Below, piece after piece: positions 17,308-26,485 of a stretch of 46,968 bases of DNA. Source of the stretch: a virus (Duplodnaviria > Caudoviricetes); IMG/VR virus record IMGVR_UViG_3300020045_002142, positions 1 to 46,968 of that record; one strand, given 5' to 3'. The notes under the pieces are model-generated. The model was not told the origin of the DNA and ran no database searches. It saw only the letters and a list, made by a program, of their open reading frames with translations. The stretch's first letter is position 1. The number at the start of each line of letters is the position of its first letter. Made by a program: the position numbers and the translations under genes.

Positions 17308-17501
17308 AGTTGCATATCCAATTTGTTAGCCTCGTCAACCAAAACAGCGGAAAGTTTTCTAGCTTGGTCGGGAGTCATAGAATGTTGAAAATTCATAGAA
17401 CCTGCAAACTGCTGGATGTACACCAACTTTCCGCAAGTTGGATGAACTGTACTCGCCACCTTGACAGAATTGGAAAAGGTAAAATCGTTTAGTTTAGTCA
17501 T
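17304..17501 (-). CDS. Hypothetical protein
   Basis: SD AAGGG; first ORF behind the 17528 promoter. Confidence 0.6.
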   Translation of the reverse strand: MTKLNDFTFSNSVKVASTVHPTCGKLVYIQQFAGSMNFQHSMTPDQARKLSAVLVDEANKLDMQL

Positions 17502-17527
17502 TTGTTCCCTTCGTTGATTGAAATTTT

Positions 17528-17559
17528 ATTGTAGCGCAGTTCCTATGCTTTGCGCTACA
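17528..17559 (-). promoter_or_regulatory. Early promoter (-10 TACAAT) with perfect TGTAGCGCA-N12-TGCGCTACA inverted repeat
   Basis: Arms at 17530-17538 and 17551-17559. Confidence 0.65.
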
Positions 17560-17563
17560 TCAT

Positions 17564-18031
17564 CTAATAATTTTGATCTAGCAGCCATTCAGCCATGAGC
17601 AAGGCATCTGCCCGCCCGTGGTGCTTGGCTAGCTTCAATGGCGCGGTGGGCCACTTAGTACGTGCCAGCTCTAAACTGGCTTTCTTATCTGTGCCGATTA
17701 GGTCATGGTGCTTTTTCCACTTCTGAGGGGTGACGTACTCATACGGGTAAAGCAATAGATCCACCACGGCCTCGATGGTGCCAGTTGCACGCATAAATTT
17801 CCCCGAGCTGGCGATACCTTGGCCGGGCATTACTCCCACCTGCTCGATAACAATATCAGCTCCGTCCTTACCAAGCCTTATAGCAGATTGCAAGGCTATC
17901 TTTAGCATCCTTGGAAGTACGCGATCATTCGTGCTGTCAATGTCGCCACATGCCACAAATTCGCCGTTGTGGTCTATGGCTCCCCATGCGCCACTTCTCA
18001 GTCCTGGGTCAACACCAATATATACGGTCAT
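17564..18031 (-). CDS. Holliday junction resolvase (RuvC-like)
   Basis: YIGVDPG..GA, IVIEQV, VTPQKWKK, GRADALLMA catalytic pattern. Confidence 0.88.
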   Translation of the reverse strand: MTVYIGVDPGLRSGAWGAIDHNGEFVACGDIDSTNDRVLPRMLKIALQSAIRLGKDGADIVIEQVGVMPGQGIASSGKFMRATGTIEAVVDLLLYPYEYVTPQKWKKHHDLIGTDKKASLELARTKWPTAPLKLAKHHGRADALLMAEWLLDQNY

Positions 18032-19626
18032 TCTGTTGCACTCCAAACCCGATCAACCACGCGAAAAAACTTTCCTTCTTTTTTGTAGGTAATCATGCTA
18101 GGTGGTGTTCCTTGGTTAAGTTGTTGCACGGTTGTATCAATGTCGCATTCATCAAATGCAGTTACACCGGCTTTTTTGGATAGTATATATACCATGTTGC
18201 GGGCCTTGGTTCCCGCATAGTTCTCATGCTGTGTAGGAAAGTATTCGGCTATTATCGGGCCATTTAGGCCGCTGTAGTACTTGACCATCATCATTTCCAA
18301 TCCACTTGTGCGGCTGGTGTGCTTTTTCCAATGCCATTCTGTTACAGCTAGCTCTGTGGGCTCTAGGCCCATGATGTCGTCGCTGCGCAGGTATACGGTT
18401 TTTTCTATCTTTTCAGGCTCTGGGAACTCATGGCCACACTGGCATTTCCTGGCGTTAGCTGCGCATATTTCGTCGCAGTTGGGGCAGGTTTTCGTGGGGG
18501 CTACGCCGTCGCCTTTTCGCTTGCGTCCAGGTGGCGTTATCTGGGTTATTGGCCCGTGGGTGGCTACGTTTCCGGCGAAGTCTAGGACCATGCAATCTGT
18601 TTTACCATCTGCCACTCTCAAACCTCGTCCCGCCATTTGGTAGTAGAGTCCAGGCGATAGGGTAGGGCGAAGAAACACGACACAATCAATTCCAGGCGCG
18701 TCAAAACCAGTGGTAAGCACTGCGCAGTTAGTCACGGCTTGAATGCGTCCTGCTTTAAAGTCATTCAGGATTCTGTCGCGTTCTGCCGATGGAGTTTGTC
18801 CTGTCACGGCTTCGGCGATTATGCCGTTATCTCGTAGCATGTCGCGCACGTCTAGGCTGTGCTGTACTCCAGCACAAAACACAATCCAGCTTTTACGATC
18901 TCTAGCGCGTTCGATTGTTTCATGAACGGCACGTGCATTATTGTCAATTGTGTTTACCGCCAACTCCAGTGACTTACCGACAAACTCACCCGATGATTTT
19001 GTCACGCCTTGCGTGCTTAGCATTAGGCTGGTGTGCTTGCTTCGCAGTGGCGATAAATACCCGCTTGTGATTAGCTCTTCGATTGATACTGGTTCGATCA
19101 AGTCGCTGAATAAAACGTGGTCGCCTTCATGGATCATTCCGTGCCCAAGCCGGTATGGGCTGGCCGTCAAGCCAATGACGCGCATATCTGGGTTGATGGC
19201 CATTAGACCGTTGATTAGCTCACGATAAGCACCTTCGCCAGTTGGGCTGATTGAGTGGCATTCGTCCACAATGCACAGGTCAATATGGCCGATCTGGTTG
19301 CCACGCTTTGCTACGCTTTGAATTCCAGCAAATACGATAGGCTCAGTCAGGCAATACCGTCGAAGGCTTGCCGAATAGATTCCCATTGGCGCATTGGGCC
19401 AATGCTGGCGCATTTTTTCGGCGTTCTGCGCGATAAGCTCCTTGCTGTGCGTCAACATCAATACCCGTGTACCGGGCCACGATTGGATGGCGTCTTTAAC
19501 CAGTGCGGCGATGATGTGAGACTTACCTGACCCCGTAGGTAGTACCAGGCAAGGGTTTCCAGCGTTACCGGCTTCAAACCATTCATAGAGCTGGTCGATT
19601 GCTCGTTGTTGGTATTCACGTAACAT
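18028..19626 (-). CDS. SF2 DEAD/DEAH-box helicase (RadD/YejH-like) with zinc finger
   Basis: LPTGSGKS, DECH, GLTASP, LTTGFDAP, QMAGRGLR, CPNC...CQC. Confidence 0.93.
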   Translation of the reverse strand: MLREYQQRAIDQLYEWFEAGNAGNPCLVLPTGSGKSHIIAALVKDAIQSWPGTRVLMLTHSKELIAQNAEKMRQHWPNAPMGIYSASLRRYCLTEPIVFAGIQSVAKRGNQIGHIDLCIVDECHSISPTGEGAYRELINGLMAINPDMRVIGLTASPYRLGHGMIHEGDHVLFSDLIEPVSIEELITSGYLSPLRSKHTSLMLSTQGVTKSSGEFVGKSLELAVNTIDNNARAVHETIERARDRKSWIVFCAGVQHSLDVRDMLRDNGIIAEAVTGQTPSAERDRILNDFKAGRIQAVTNCAVLTTGFDAPGIDCVVFLRPTLSPGLYYQMAGRGLRVADGKTDCMVLDFAGNVATHGPITQITPPGRKRKGDGVAPTKTCPNCDEICAANARKCQCGHEFPEPEKIEKTVYLRSDDIMGLEPTELAVTEWHWKKHTSRTSGLEMMMVKYYSGLNGPIIAEYFPTQHENYAGTKARNMVYILSKKAGVTAFDECDIDTTVQQLNQGTPPSMITYKKEGKFFRVVDRVWSATE

Positions 19627-19629
19627 AAT

Positions 19630-20619
19630 TTAACCCACCACCCGCGCATCAAACTCAGCAAACTGATCTCGCACGCCAGACGCGCAAGCTTGCCAATTAG
19701 CCACAATCTCACGGCTTAAATATCCTTCTGGCGCGTTATGTATTGGACCTGCTTTAGTCATCCAAATGACGCCAGTTTCAGCGCGTTCGTGTTTCCATGC
19801 TGGCGTAAGATCGGGGTGAATGACGTGATTGTCACATCCTGTCAATTGAGCGTCTAGATCAGGGATTGTCATATCCCAATGGGCGCAATGCCAAGTGCCA
19901 TCATCCATAGCCGTGCTATGCGCGCACGTACGACAGTTGACCTGCTTTGTCAGTTTGGACCCGTGGCATAGGTCGTGCGCAGCGCAGAACTTGCATTCAT
20001 ACCATGACGGGTCAACGCTAATACCCGCTGGGGCATGGTCAGCTTTTACGATGCGTTTGCCGCGCTCCAAAAACTTCATTGCCACGGTGTCATCACGTTT
20101 CACAATCTCGCTGTAAACCTCGTCTGTGTCTTTATTCACCATGACAAAAAGCGCGTCGTTTACGTCTTTGCCCATCATGTAAAGTAAAACTTGGACAAAA
20201 TATATCGGCTTGGACTTTTCAAGGCCCTTCTCCACCATGTCTTTAAACGACTTTGCAGACGCGGTTTTGATCTCCAAGATGTGTTTGGCTTTGAAATTAC
20301 CCGGCACGCCATGCTCAATAATGCCGTCAGTTGAACCACTGATATGACATCCAAAGTCAACCCGGCTTTGATTCGCTCCAGTGTTTGTAATCTTCATTCC
20401 AATGGCTTGTAGGTCAGCCACTACAGTTCGTTCCTCTAGCTGTCCACGGCGAAACAATCGCAGGATTCGACCTGGGAACTTTTCAATCACGGCTAGGCGA
20501 AAAGACAACCAGAGCCAGCGGTCACACGCATGGCCAAGCTGAGAGCATCCCATGTGACCGCGTGGGCCTTCTCGGACTTCTTCGTGGTGTAGGTCGATTA
20601 GTGTTTGAATGTCGTTCAT
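19630..20619 (-). CDS. Cas4-like PD-(D/E)XK exonuclease
   Basis: SQLGHACDRWLW, GSTDG, ILEIKT, CKFC...C Fe-S-type cysteines. Confidence 0.85.
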   Translation of the reverse strand: MNDIQTLIDLHHEEVREGPRGHMGCSQLGHACDRWLWLSFRLAVIEKFPGRILRLFRRGQLEERTVVADLQAIGMKITNTGANQSRVDFGCHISGSTDGIIEHGVPGNFKAKHILEIKTASAKSFKDMVEKGLEKSKPIYFVQVLLYMMGKDVNDALFVMVNKDTDEVYSEIVKRDDTVAMKFLERGKRIVKADHAPAGISVDPSWYECKFCAAHDLCHGSKLTKQVNCRTCAHSTAMDDGTWHCAHWDMTIPDLDAQLTGCDNHVIHPDLTPAWKHERAETGVIWMTKAGPIHNAPEGYLSREIVANWQACASGVRDQFAEFDARVVG

Positions 20620-20915
20620 ACCACATCCCCATGCGTTTCATAACTAAGCACTTTTTCAATAGTGCGAACGTGTACACCGAACTGTTTAGCCAGTGCCGCG
20701 TTTCCTAGGTTGTCTCGTATGTGCTTTAGTAAGGCTTCGCGCTGTCGCTTCGCGCTTCGGATTGTCACGACATCGATGTCAAGTAGCTTTGTATGCGGTA
20801 GCTCTTGGCCGCGTTTAGCGTTAGCTACGGCGCTTTGCAAGTAGTCGTGACGATCTACTGTGCCTGGTCGTCTAAGTTGCTTTCCTACGTGCTTGGAATA
20901 TTTTGTTGCTGCCAT
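20616..20915 (-). CDS. Small HTH-type DNA-binding protein
   Basis: RGQELPHTKL...ALAKQFGVHVRTIEKV. Confidence 0.65.
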   Translation of the reverse strand: MAATKYSKHVGKQLRRPGTVDRHDYLQSAVANAKRGQELPHTKLLDIDVVTIRSAKRQREALLKHIRDNLGNAALAKQFGVHVRTIEKVLSYETHGDVV

Positions 20916-20942
20916 TTTCTTTCCTGATTGTTGAGTTGGAAA

Positions 20943-21557
20943 CTATTTATAAGTACCCATTTTTATTTTTGAAATTGTTGTCCTATGTACTTTATATTCG
21001 ATTGATAAGTTAACTCCTTTTTCTCCTGCATCAAGTCTAGATTTGATTTTTTTAATATCATCATCTGATATTTTTCTATTTGCAATTGCAATCTTGTCTT
21101 TCCATGTTATTTTTCTTCCTTTCATAGCTAGGCTATGTTTTATTCTTGTTTCATCACTTGTAGTTCTTAGTAATCTAGCTATTTTGAGTTTTTCAATTGT
21201 TTCTGGCTTGTGCTTTCTACCAAGCCAAGTCTTAGCCATTTTTTGGCGAGTTTCATAAGGTAAATTGCATACTCCGTCGCCACCATCTGTATTATTTGTT
21301 AATGGCCATCCTGCATTTTTACCATGTCTTATCCATGAAATTTCCCACTCTTGCCAATTTTCAGAATCATCAAGTTCTTGCAAAATTATTTGATAAGGAC
21401 GCTTACCTTGTGACTTCAATTGCTGAAGCCAATGAGAACGATGACAACCAGATACATCGTTCATCTGATTATCCAATCTTTGCTTTGGCCTAATAGATTT
21501 TCCGATGTATCTGATTTTTTTTGAGTCTGGATCAATCAATGCATAGATGTATATCAT
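20943..21557 (-). CDS. Free-standing GIY-YIG homing endonuclease with NUMOD3-like repeats and C-terminal HTH
   Basis: YIYAL...IRYIGKS..P..R, LTN.TDGGDG, GRKHKPETIEKL; AT-rich relative to its neighbours. Confidence 0.85.
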   Translation of the reverse strand: MIYIYALIDPDSKKIRYIGKSIRPKQRLDNQMNDVSGCHRSHWLQQLKSQGKRPYQIILQELDDSENWQEWEISWIRHGKNAGWPLTNNTDGGDGVCNLPYETRQKMAKTWLGRKHKPETIEKLKIARLLRTTSDETRIKHSLAMKGRKITWKDKIAIANRKISDDDIKKIKSRLDAGEKGVNLSIEYKVHRTTISKIKMGTYK

Positions 21558-21586
21558 GTATTGATTCTAACATGCTTTTCATCTAT

Positions 21587-23785
21587 TTATTCTACAAACA
21601 GTCCACCCTGTTCTCTTTTTGCATCTTCAATGTTTAAACATGCCAATTCAAAGTATGACGGTTTAAGCTCTGTACCCAAAAAACGTCTACCCATTTTCAC
21701 AGCAACATAACCTTCAGAACCAATTCCAGTAAATGGTGAAAAAACAAGGTCTCCAGGATTAGTCCACAAATGGATGCATCTTTCAATTACATCTAGCTGT
21801 AAAGGGCAAAGATGCTTGAGATCGTTTTCATCACGCGCTGGCATTTTGTTCAATGTGCGGCTTTGATTAATGTCACTCCAAATTGGGCTAGCGTACTTCT
21901 GCCACATAGCCACTGGCAAGTCATCGCCATGCGTCACCCGCTCTGAAATCTCTCCGGGCTTTCGCATTGTCACAACGTAGTCAGGCAACCCCATTCGGCT
22001 CATGGTTCCATTTTCTCTAATTGTCTTATGCAGCAGTCCGAGTGCCTTAGTTCGCTGCATTTGAACTACTGGATCCTTCCAAATGCAAACTTCAGAATGG
22101 TAAATAAATCCTGACTCTTGAAAAGCGCGAATAATATCTCCGCGAAAATCTTTTAACCCAATATACCCATTCTTCATTTTTGATGATTGCAAATTCATGC
22201 AATGAATAGAAACATTCCTACCCGGCTTAACTACTCGGAATAATTCAGAAACAAGAAACTTAAATTGATCTACAAATTCAGCATCGTTTTTGCAGTTTCC
22301 CATATCATGATCGCTGTTTGAATATGTGAACAGGTCAGCAAACGGGGGAGAAAACACAGAATAATCAATGCTGTTATCTTCCATGCGTCGAGTCCATTTC
22401 ACGCAGTCGCCCATGTGGACGGTGAAGTTCTCGCGCTTGAATGTGTCTTCTTTGTACTCGTCAACAATATTAGATGTTCCTGCCAGTTCTTTATTCATAA
22501 TGTCTTTCATGTGTTCAATCATGTTGGCACTCATTTCATGGTGCTGAAGTTCTTTGCGTTTGATGTTCTGCAAAATTTGTCCTTCATTTTCAGCAGTGAA
22601 AATGTGGACTTGCACTTCTCGTTTTTGTCCGAAACGATAGCAGCGTCGAACGGCTTGGTAAAACTTCTCGAATGAGTCATCAAGCCCAACAAATGCCATA
22701 CGGGCGCAGTGTTGCCAATTCATCCCATACCCACATATTTTTGGTTTCGAGCATAGGACTCGCAGATCACCATGCGTAAACGCCATCATGTTTTTTGTCT
22801 TAACTTCTGGAGAGTCTGAGCCTTGCACGTTGATGCAGTCTGATAACAGTGATTCAATCAAATCAGCTTCATCATTCAAATGGCACCAAATAAGCCACGG
22901 CTCGTCAGGCTCTGCATTGACAATTTCAGCAAGTGCTTTGCATCGTGATTCGATGCTGTCTCTCTGTGCTTTGCGGCGCTCTGCAAGTCCCATAGCAGGA
23001 CGTGAAAATAGTTCATCGCCTACTACGTCAGTTTCTACCACGTGTTCGTGATATTGAAGTTTTGGCAAGTCGTATCGTGAGCCATCAAATCCAATGTCTG
23101 CAGGACTGCGAAGCACTACAGACCATGAACCCATCCACTCCCAGAACCGAGACTGTCCCCATCCTTTTAGAATCCATGTCCCTGTGTCTCCTGCATCATT
23201 AATAAAATACGTGGCAAGCATTTCAGTGCGTGTCATAACTCCTAAAAACTCGCACTGGTTGCCAAGTTCATCAAAATCATTCGGGCTTGGTGTTGCTGTG
23301 CAGCTTAGTCGATACGGTATTGACTGGCACGACTCAATAATTGCCGTCCGTGTTTTTCCGTTGTGGCTTTTCAAAATGCTGGATTCGTCAAGCACAATGC
23401 CATGCAATTCTGCAAAGTTCAAAGCGCCAATACGCTCATAGTTTGTAATCCAAATACCTGGCGCATTAGGCGACTCGCCATGTGGTATGCGAGTTACCTC
23501 AATGCCGAATGTTTTACCTTGCTCAATCGTCTGCTCAGAAACCGCCAATGGCGCCAGAATTACGACGATGCCATTTGTGAACCGTGATACTTCATCAGCC
23601 CATGAAAGCTGCATCAATGTTTTACCAAGTCCAGTATCCGCAAAGATAGCAGCGCGTCCACGGCGTACAGCCCATGAAACAATGGCATGTTGAAAGTCGA
23701 AAAGATGCTCATTTAAGTCACTCGGCGCATGGCCTGTTGCAACTTCTGAGCGTCGCTTTCCTTTTACGAAGTCATCGTATTCCAT
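21587..23785 (-). CDS. SNF2-like helicase fused to a beta-class N4/N6 DNA methyltransferase
   Basis: DTGLGKT, DESS, TATPSPN, QAVRRCYRFGQ; then SPPF (motif IV), HLCPLQ and FSPFTGIGSEG (motif I). Confidence 0.92.
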   Translation of the reverse strand: MEYDDFVKGKRRSEVATGHAPSDLNEHLFDFQHAIVSWAVRRGRAAIFADTGLGKTLMQLSWADEVSRFTNGIVVILAPLAVSEQTIEQGKTFGIEVTRIPHGESPNAPGIWITNYERIGALNFAELHGIVLDESSILKSHNGKTRTAIIESCQSIPYRLSCTATPSPNDFDELGNQCEFLGVMTRTEMLATYFINDAGDTGTWILKGWGQSRFWEWMGSWSVVLRSPADIGFDGSRYDLPKLQYHEHVVETDVVGDELFSRPAMGLAERRKAQRDSIESRCKALAEIVNAEPDEPWLIWCHLNDEADLIESLLSDCINVQGSDSPEVKTKNMMAFTHGDLRVLCSKPKICGYGMNWQHCARMAFVGLDDSFEKFYQAVRRCYRFGQKREVQVHIFTAENEGQILQNIKRKELQHHEMSANMIEHMKDIMNKELAGTSNIVDEYKEDTFKRENFTVHMGDCVKWTRRMEDNSIDYSVFSPPFADLFTYSNSDHDMGNCKNDAEFVDQFKFLVSELFRVVKPGRNVSIHCMNLQSSKMKNGYIGLKDFRGDIIRAFQESGFIYHSEVCIWKDPVVQMQRTKALGLLHKTIRENGTMSRMGLPDYVVTMRKPGEISERVTHGDDLPVAMWQKYASPIWSDINQSRTLNKMPARDENDLKHLCPLQLDVIERCIHLWTNPGDLVFSPFTGIGSEGYVAVKMGRRFLGTELKPSYFELACLNIEDAKREQGGLFVE

Positions 23786-23803
23786 TTTCGTCCTTTTGTT
23801 GTT

Positions 23804-23829
23804 GAAAAAACCCCGAGTTACCGGGGTTT
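23804..23829 (-). terminator. Rho-independent terminator after the DUF669 gene
   Basis: Minus strand AAACCCCGG-TAA-CTCGGGGTTTTTT. Confidence 0.7.
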
Positions 23830-23845
23830 AATTGTAGCTCAAATA

Positions 23846-24352
23846 CTAGCGTTTAGCCCACGGTGGTGCAGCTTTAGCGGGTGCAGCGGCTGGCGCTGGC
23901 TTCGCTGCTACTGGGGCAGCGCGTGGGGCTGCGGATGGTGCTCCGCCTTGGGCTTTGTAGGATTTGATTTCGTTGCCTTCTTTGTATTGCCCGGATGCGG
24001 GCTTGATAACAACCTTGACATTCAGCGGACCGCCGATAAGCTGGTCCGTGTCCTCCAGCGATTCAATGCCCAAAGCGCGCAGGATAGAGCCAAGTTGACC
24101 GCGTCCAATTTGTTCAGCTTGGGAACTGTCGTTTTTGATGTTAAGAGCTCCAAACAGCAAGCGACCGGCATGAGTAGGGCCGTCAACGTGCAGCTTCAAA
24201 TTGATGTACTGTCCTGTACCTGATTTCGTTTGTTTGATTTCAGCGTCTTCAATAGTGACGTTGTAATCACCCGCTGGAAGTGGTGTAAAGTCACCGCCGC
24301 CCGTATCTTCGGGTAGGTCTTGTGCGTTAAATGTTTCGTCTAGGCGTGCCAT
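23846..24352 (-). CDS. DUF669 single-stranded DNA-binding protein
   Basis: FTPLPAGDY...TKSGTGQYINL...NEIKSYK, Ala/Pro tail ending PPWAKR. Confidence 0.88.
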   Translation of the reverse strand: MARLDETFNAQDLPEDTGGGDFTPLPAGDYNVTIEDAEIKQTKSGTGQYINLKLHVDGPTHAGRLLFGALNIKNDSSQAEQIGRGQLGSILRALGIESLEDTDQLIGGPLNVKVVIKPASGQYKEGNEIKSYKAQGGAPSAAPRAAPVAAKPAPAAAPAKAAPPWAKR

Positions 24353-24355
24353 GTG

Positions 24356-24748
24356 TTAGTCCTTATTTTTCAGTTGGATAGAGAATGATGGCCGTGAAGC
24401 CGTGGTGGTGATTGCTTTGATAAGCTGGGTTTGTGTAGCTTCGCTTGCAGATTTCCATGCTGTCAGATTAAGGTCCGGTTTCCAGCGAAAAACAATCCCA
24501 AGTTGATCTTGCAATCCGTATTCTGCTGCAATTTCTTGCACCAGGTCAGCATCAATTTTACGACTTAACCGTGTGGTAACTTTGCATTCGAACTCGCCGA
24601 TAGCTTCCGTTTTCGTGCCGTCTTTCGCCGGGTTGATTTTAAGCAGTTCGGCCAGTTGGTCCTCAGTTGCCCGGCGCATTTCTTGCGCACGGGTTTCTTC
24701 CTGTTTTAGCACGACCCATTCGGCGGCTAGCTGGTGGATGGTTTTCAT
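24356..24748 (-). CDS. Conserved hypothetical protein of the Sak4-SSB module
   Basis: WVVLKQEE...R...ED; FRWKPDLNLTAWK...ITTTASRPSF; synteny. Confidence 0.7.
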   Translation of the reverse strand: MKTIHQLAAEWVVLKQEETRAQEMRRATEDQLAELLKINPAKDGTKTEAIGEFECKVTTRLSRKIDADLVQEIAAEYGLQDQLGIVFRWKPDLNLTAWKSASEATQTQLIKAITTTASRPSFSIQLKNKD

Positions 24749-24987
24749 TACCGGGCCTCTAGCATTGCGTCTGCCATCTTGTACGCATCTTTTGCACAGG
24801 AGTCAAATTGGTCATATCGGCTAACTTCTTCGCACATACCTGCCATCGCCTTCGCTGCAAAGTAATCACGCAAAGTAGCGCCATGAAATTGCAATGCTTG
24901 GCCTTCATTTGCCTCAAGTCCAAAACACTCGCATGGCCCATTAATAGTTACCGGGAACGCCGGTCCGCCTGTTTCAATCTTGCTCAT
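24748..24987 (-). CDS. Conserved phage protein (TGGPAFP...TLRDYFAAKAM family)
   Basis: Recognisable motif ending AYKMADAMLEAR. Confidence 0.8.
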   Translation of the reverse strand: MSKIETGGPAFPVTINGPCECFGLEANEGQALQFHGATLRDYFAAKAMAGMCEEVSRYDQFDSCAKDAYKMADAMLEAR

Positions 24988-25727
24988 ACCGCCACCGCCT
25001 TTGCCATCGCATCACTAAACGATTGCCATTCCAGCTTGCAGCTATCCGGCAGGCTGTAACGGTTTTTAGCCAAGTAAGCGGGTTTTTCTTGCGTGAAAAT
25101 CAGACGTTCACCGTTGCTGATAGCCCGACCGCGTTCTTTGTTAAAACCCAAATCCTCTTTTTTGACCACTGTCTTATAGTTGGCAAAGAGTACACAATCT
25201 GCCCACTCTTGCACCAGTGCGCTGGAACGAGTGGATAGCTTGGGCTGATAGCGGTCGTAAGAATCAACTTCCGGGCTGTCAAAACGCTTGATCTCGGAGT
25301 GGCCAATAAGAATTACCGTCATGTTTTTGTCATTCCGTAGGGCGTTAAAACCCTCTAGAATCTGGCGCCATTTTTCAGCCAAAAACATGGAGCTACGTCC
25401 GTAGGCTAGTTCTTTTGTGTCGTGCTCTGACTCGATTTCAGCCATGAGCGTAGCTTCGAGCCAGTCAGCGGTATCAAGCACTACCGTCTGATATTGGTGG
25501 TCCTCTGTGTAGAGCGTTTGCAGCATTTCCATAACGTCCGCGCTGCTGGTAGCAATTGGGAAGTGCGCCACGTCCAAGGCATCCAAGCCATCTTCAGCGC
25601 AGATAAAAATGGGCTCTGGCGCTTGGCTTGCGAATGTGCTTTTTCCAATGCCATGCGTGCTGTATAGAAAAATACGCGGTGGTCGAAGGTTCTTGCCCTT
25701 CTTGATTGAACCAAGATTGATAGCCAT
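24984..25727 (-). CDS. AAA_24 / Sak4-like ATPase (single-strand annealing recombinase)
   Basis: Walker A HGIGKST, Walker B VVLDT, ILIGHS, QEWADCVLFA, AKNRY. Confidence 0.88.
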   Translation of the reverse strand: MAINLGSIKKGKNLRPPRIFLYSTHGIGKSTFASQAPEPIFICAEDGLDALDVAHFPIATSSADVMEMLQTLYTEDHQYQTVVLDTADWLEATLMAEIESEHDTKELAYGRSSMFLAEKWRQILEGFNALRNDKNMTVILIGHSEIKRFDSPEVDSYDRYQPKLSTRSSALVQEWADCVLFANYKTVVKKEDLGFNKERGRAISNGERLIFTQEKPAYLAKNRYSLPDSCKLEWQSFSDAMAKAVAV

Positions 25728-25789
25728 TGATGAAAATTCCTTTTACGTTGATAACCGATTTCGGTATATTCCGGCTGCGGTGTATTTGT

Positions 25790-25800
25790 AGTGTAGCGCA
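25790..25800 (-). promoter_or_regulatory. Promoter -10 (TACACT) overlapping a TGTAGCGCA box
   Basis: tgtagcgca at 25792-25800, upstream of the Sak4 operon. Confidence 0.5.
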
Positions 25801-25819
25801 ATAATTTGACGTTTTTAAT

Positions 25820-26026
25820 TTATTTCGCCCTTTCTTTGTATTTTGTGTATCGCCAAGCTGTACGCTCGGACTCGATCCGCTTCCATACGTTTTCTCGCTG
25901 GTCGTCGGTCATTTCAAGCCATAGACACACTTCAGGAAATGTGCGCCCGCAGCCTTTGCATATGTCGTCGCCTTGGCTTGTGCTGCAAATGGCGATGCAT
26001 GGGCTACTTTGGCGCATTGATGCCAT
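25820..26026 (-). CDS. DUF1289 family (putative Fe-S) protein
   Basis: SPCIAICSTSQGDDICKGCGRT..EV..W motif. Confidence 0.85.
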   Translation of the reverse strand: MASMRQSSPCIAICSTSQGDDICKGCGRTFPEVCLWLEMTDDQRENVWKRIESERTAWRYTKYKERAK

Positions 26027-26159
26027 TGGAGGCTTCAATCTCCTTGCGAACTTCGGCTTCAATGGCGCGGGCGAAATATCGAGTAATGTCTCCCGCATTT
26101 TTCGTGTAAGCCTCACCCGCCAAAGTCAAGGTGCTTTCAATCTGTTCATCGGTCAGCAT
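26004..26159 (-). CDS. Small hypothetical protein (51 aa)
   Basis: Hand translation MLTDEQI...FARAIEAEVRKE, a common phage motif. Confidence 0.6.
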   Translation of the reverse strand: MLTDEQIESTLTLAGEAYTKNAGDITRYFARAIEAEVRKEIEASNGINAPK

Positions 26160-26485
26160 TGCGCATCCCCTTTACAAATTTCTGCTGCGGCACGGACGAT
26201 GGCTCGGCGGGTTGCGGCGTATGGGTCTTCCTTTTCAAACTCTGCCGCAGCGTAATTAACTGACACCTCGTTGAAATCCCACTCAATGTTGAATTTCAGC
26301 TTTACAGCCAGCCGCAAAGCGTCGCCGTCGTCTGTGAGAGGGTTCCAGCCGCCGTAATTGTGGTGAACGTTCCGCGCTGCGTTGTCTACAAGCATGTCGC
26401 GCCACATTGGGTCATCTAGCCTGCTGCGAATGACGTGGATACCAGAAGCCTTAGCCGCGAGTTCAAGCAATTCACGGTCGGTCAT
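26153..26485 (-). CDS. Conserved phage protein (MTDRELLELAAKA...WNPLTDDGDALRLA family)
   Basis: Recognisable motif ending ATRRAIVRAAAEI. Confidence 0.8.
   Translation of the reverse strand: MTDRELLELAAKASGIHVIRSRLDDPMWRDMLVDNAARNVHHNYGGWNPLTDDGDALRLAVKLKFNIEWDFNEVSVNYAAAEFEKEDPYAATRRAIVRAAAEICKGDAQC

Noticed and set aside
20943-21557. Group I intron or intein carrying the GIY-YIG nuclease
   Set aside because: The flanking genes are complete and the gaps are only ~30 bp; the endonuclease is free-standing.
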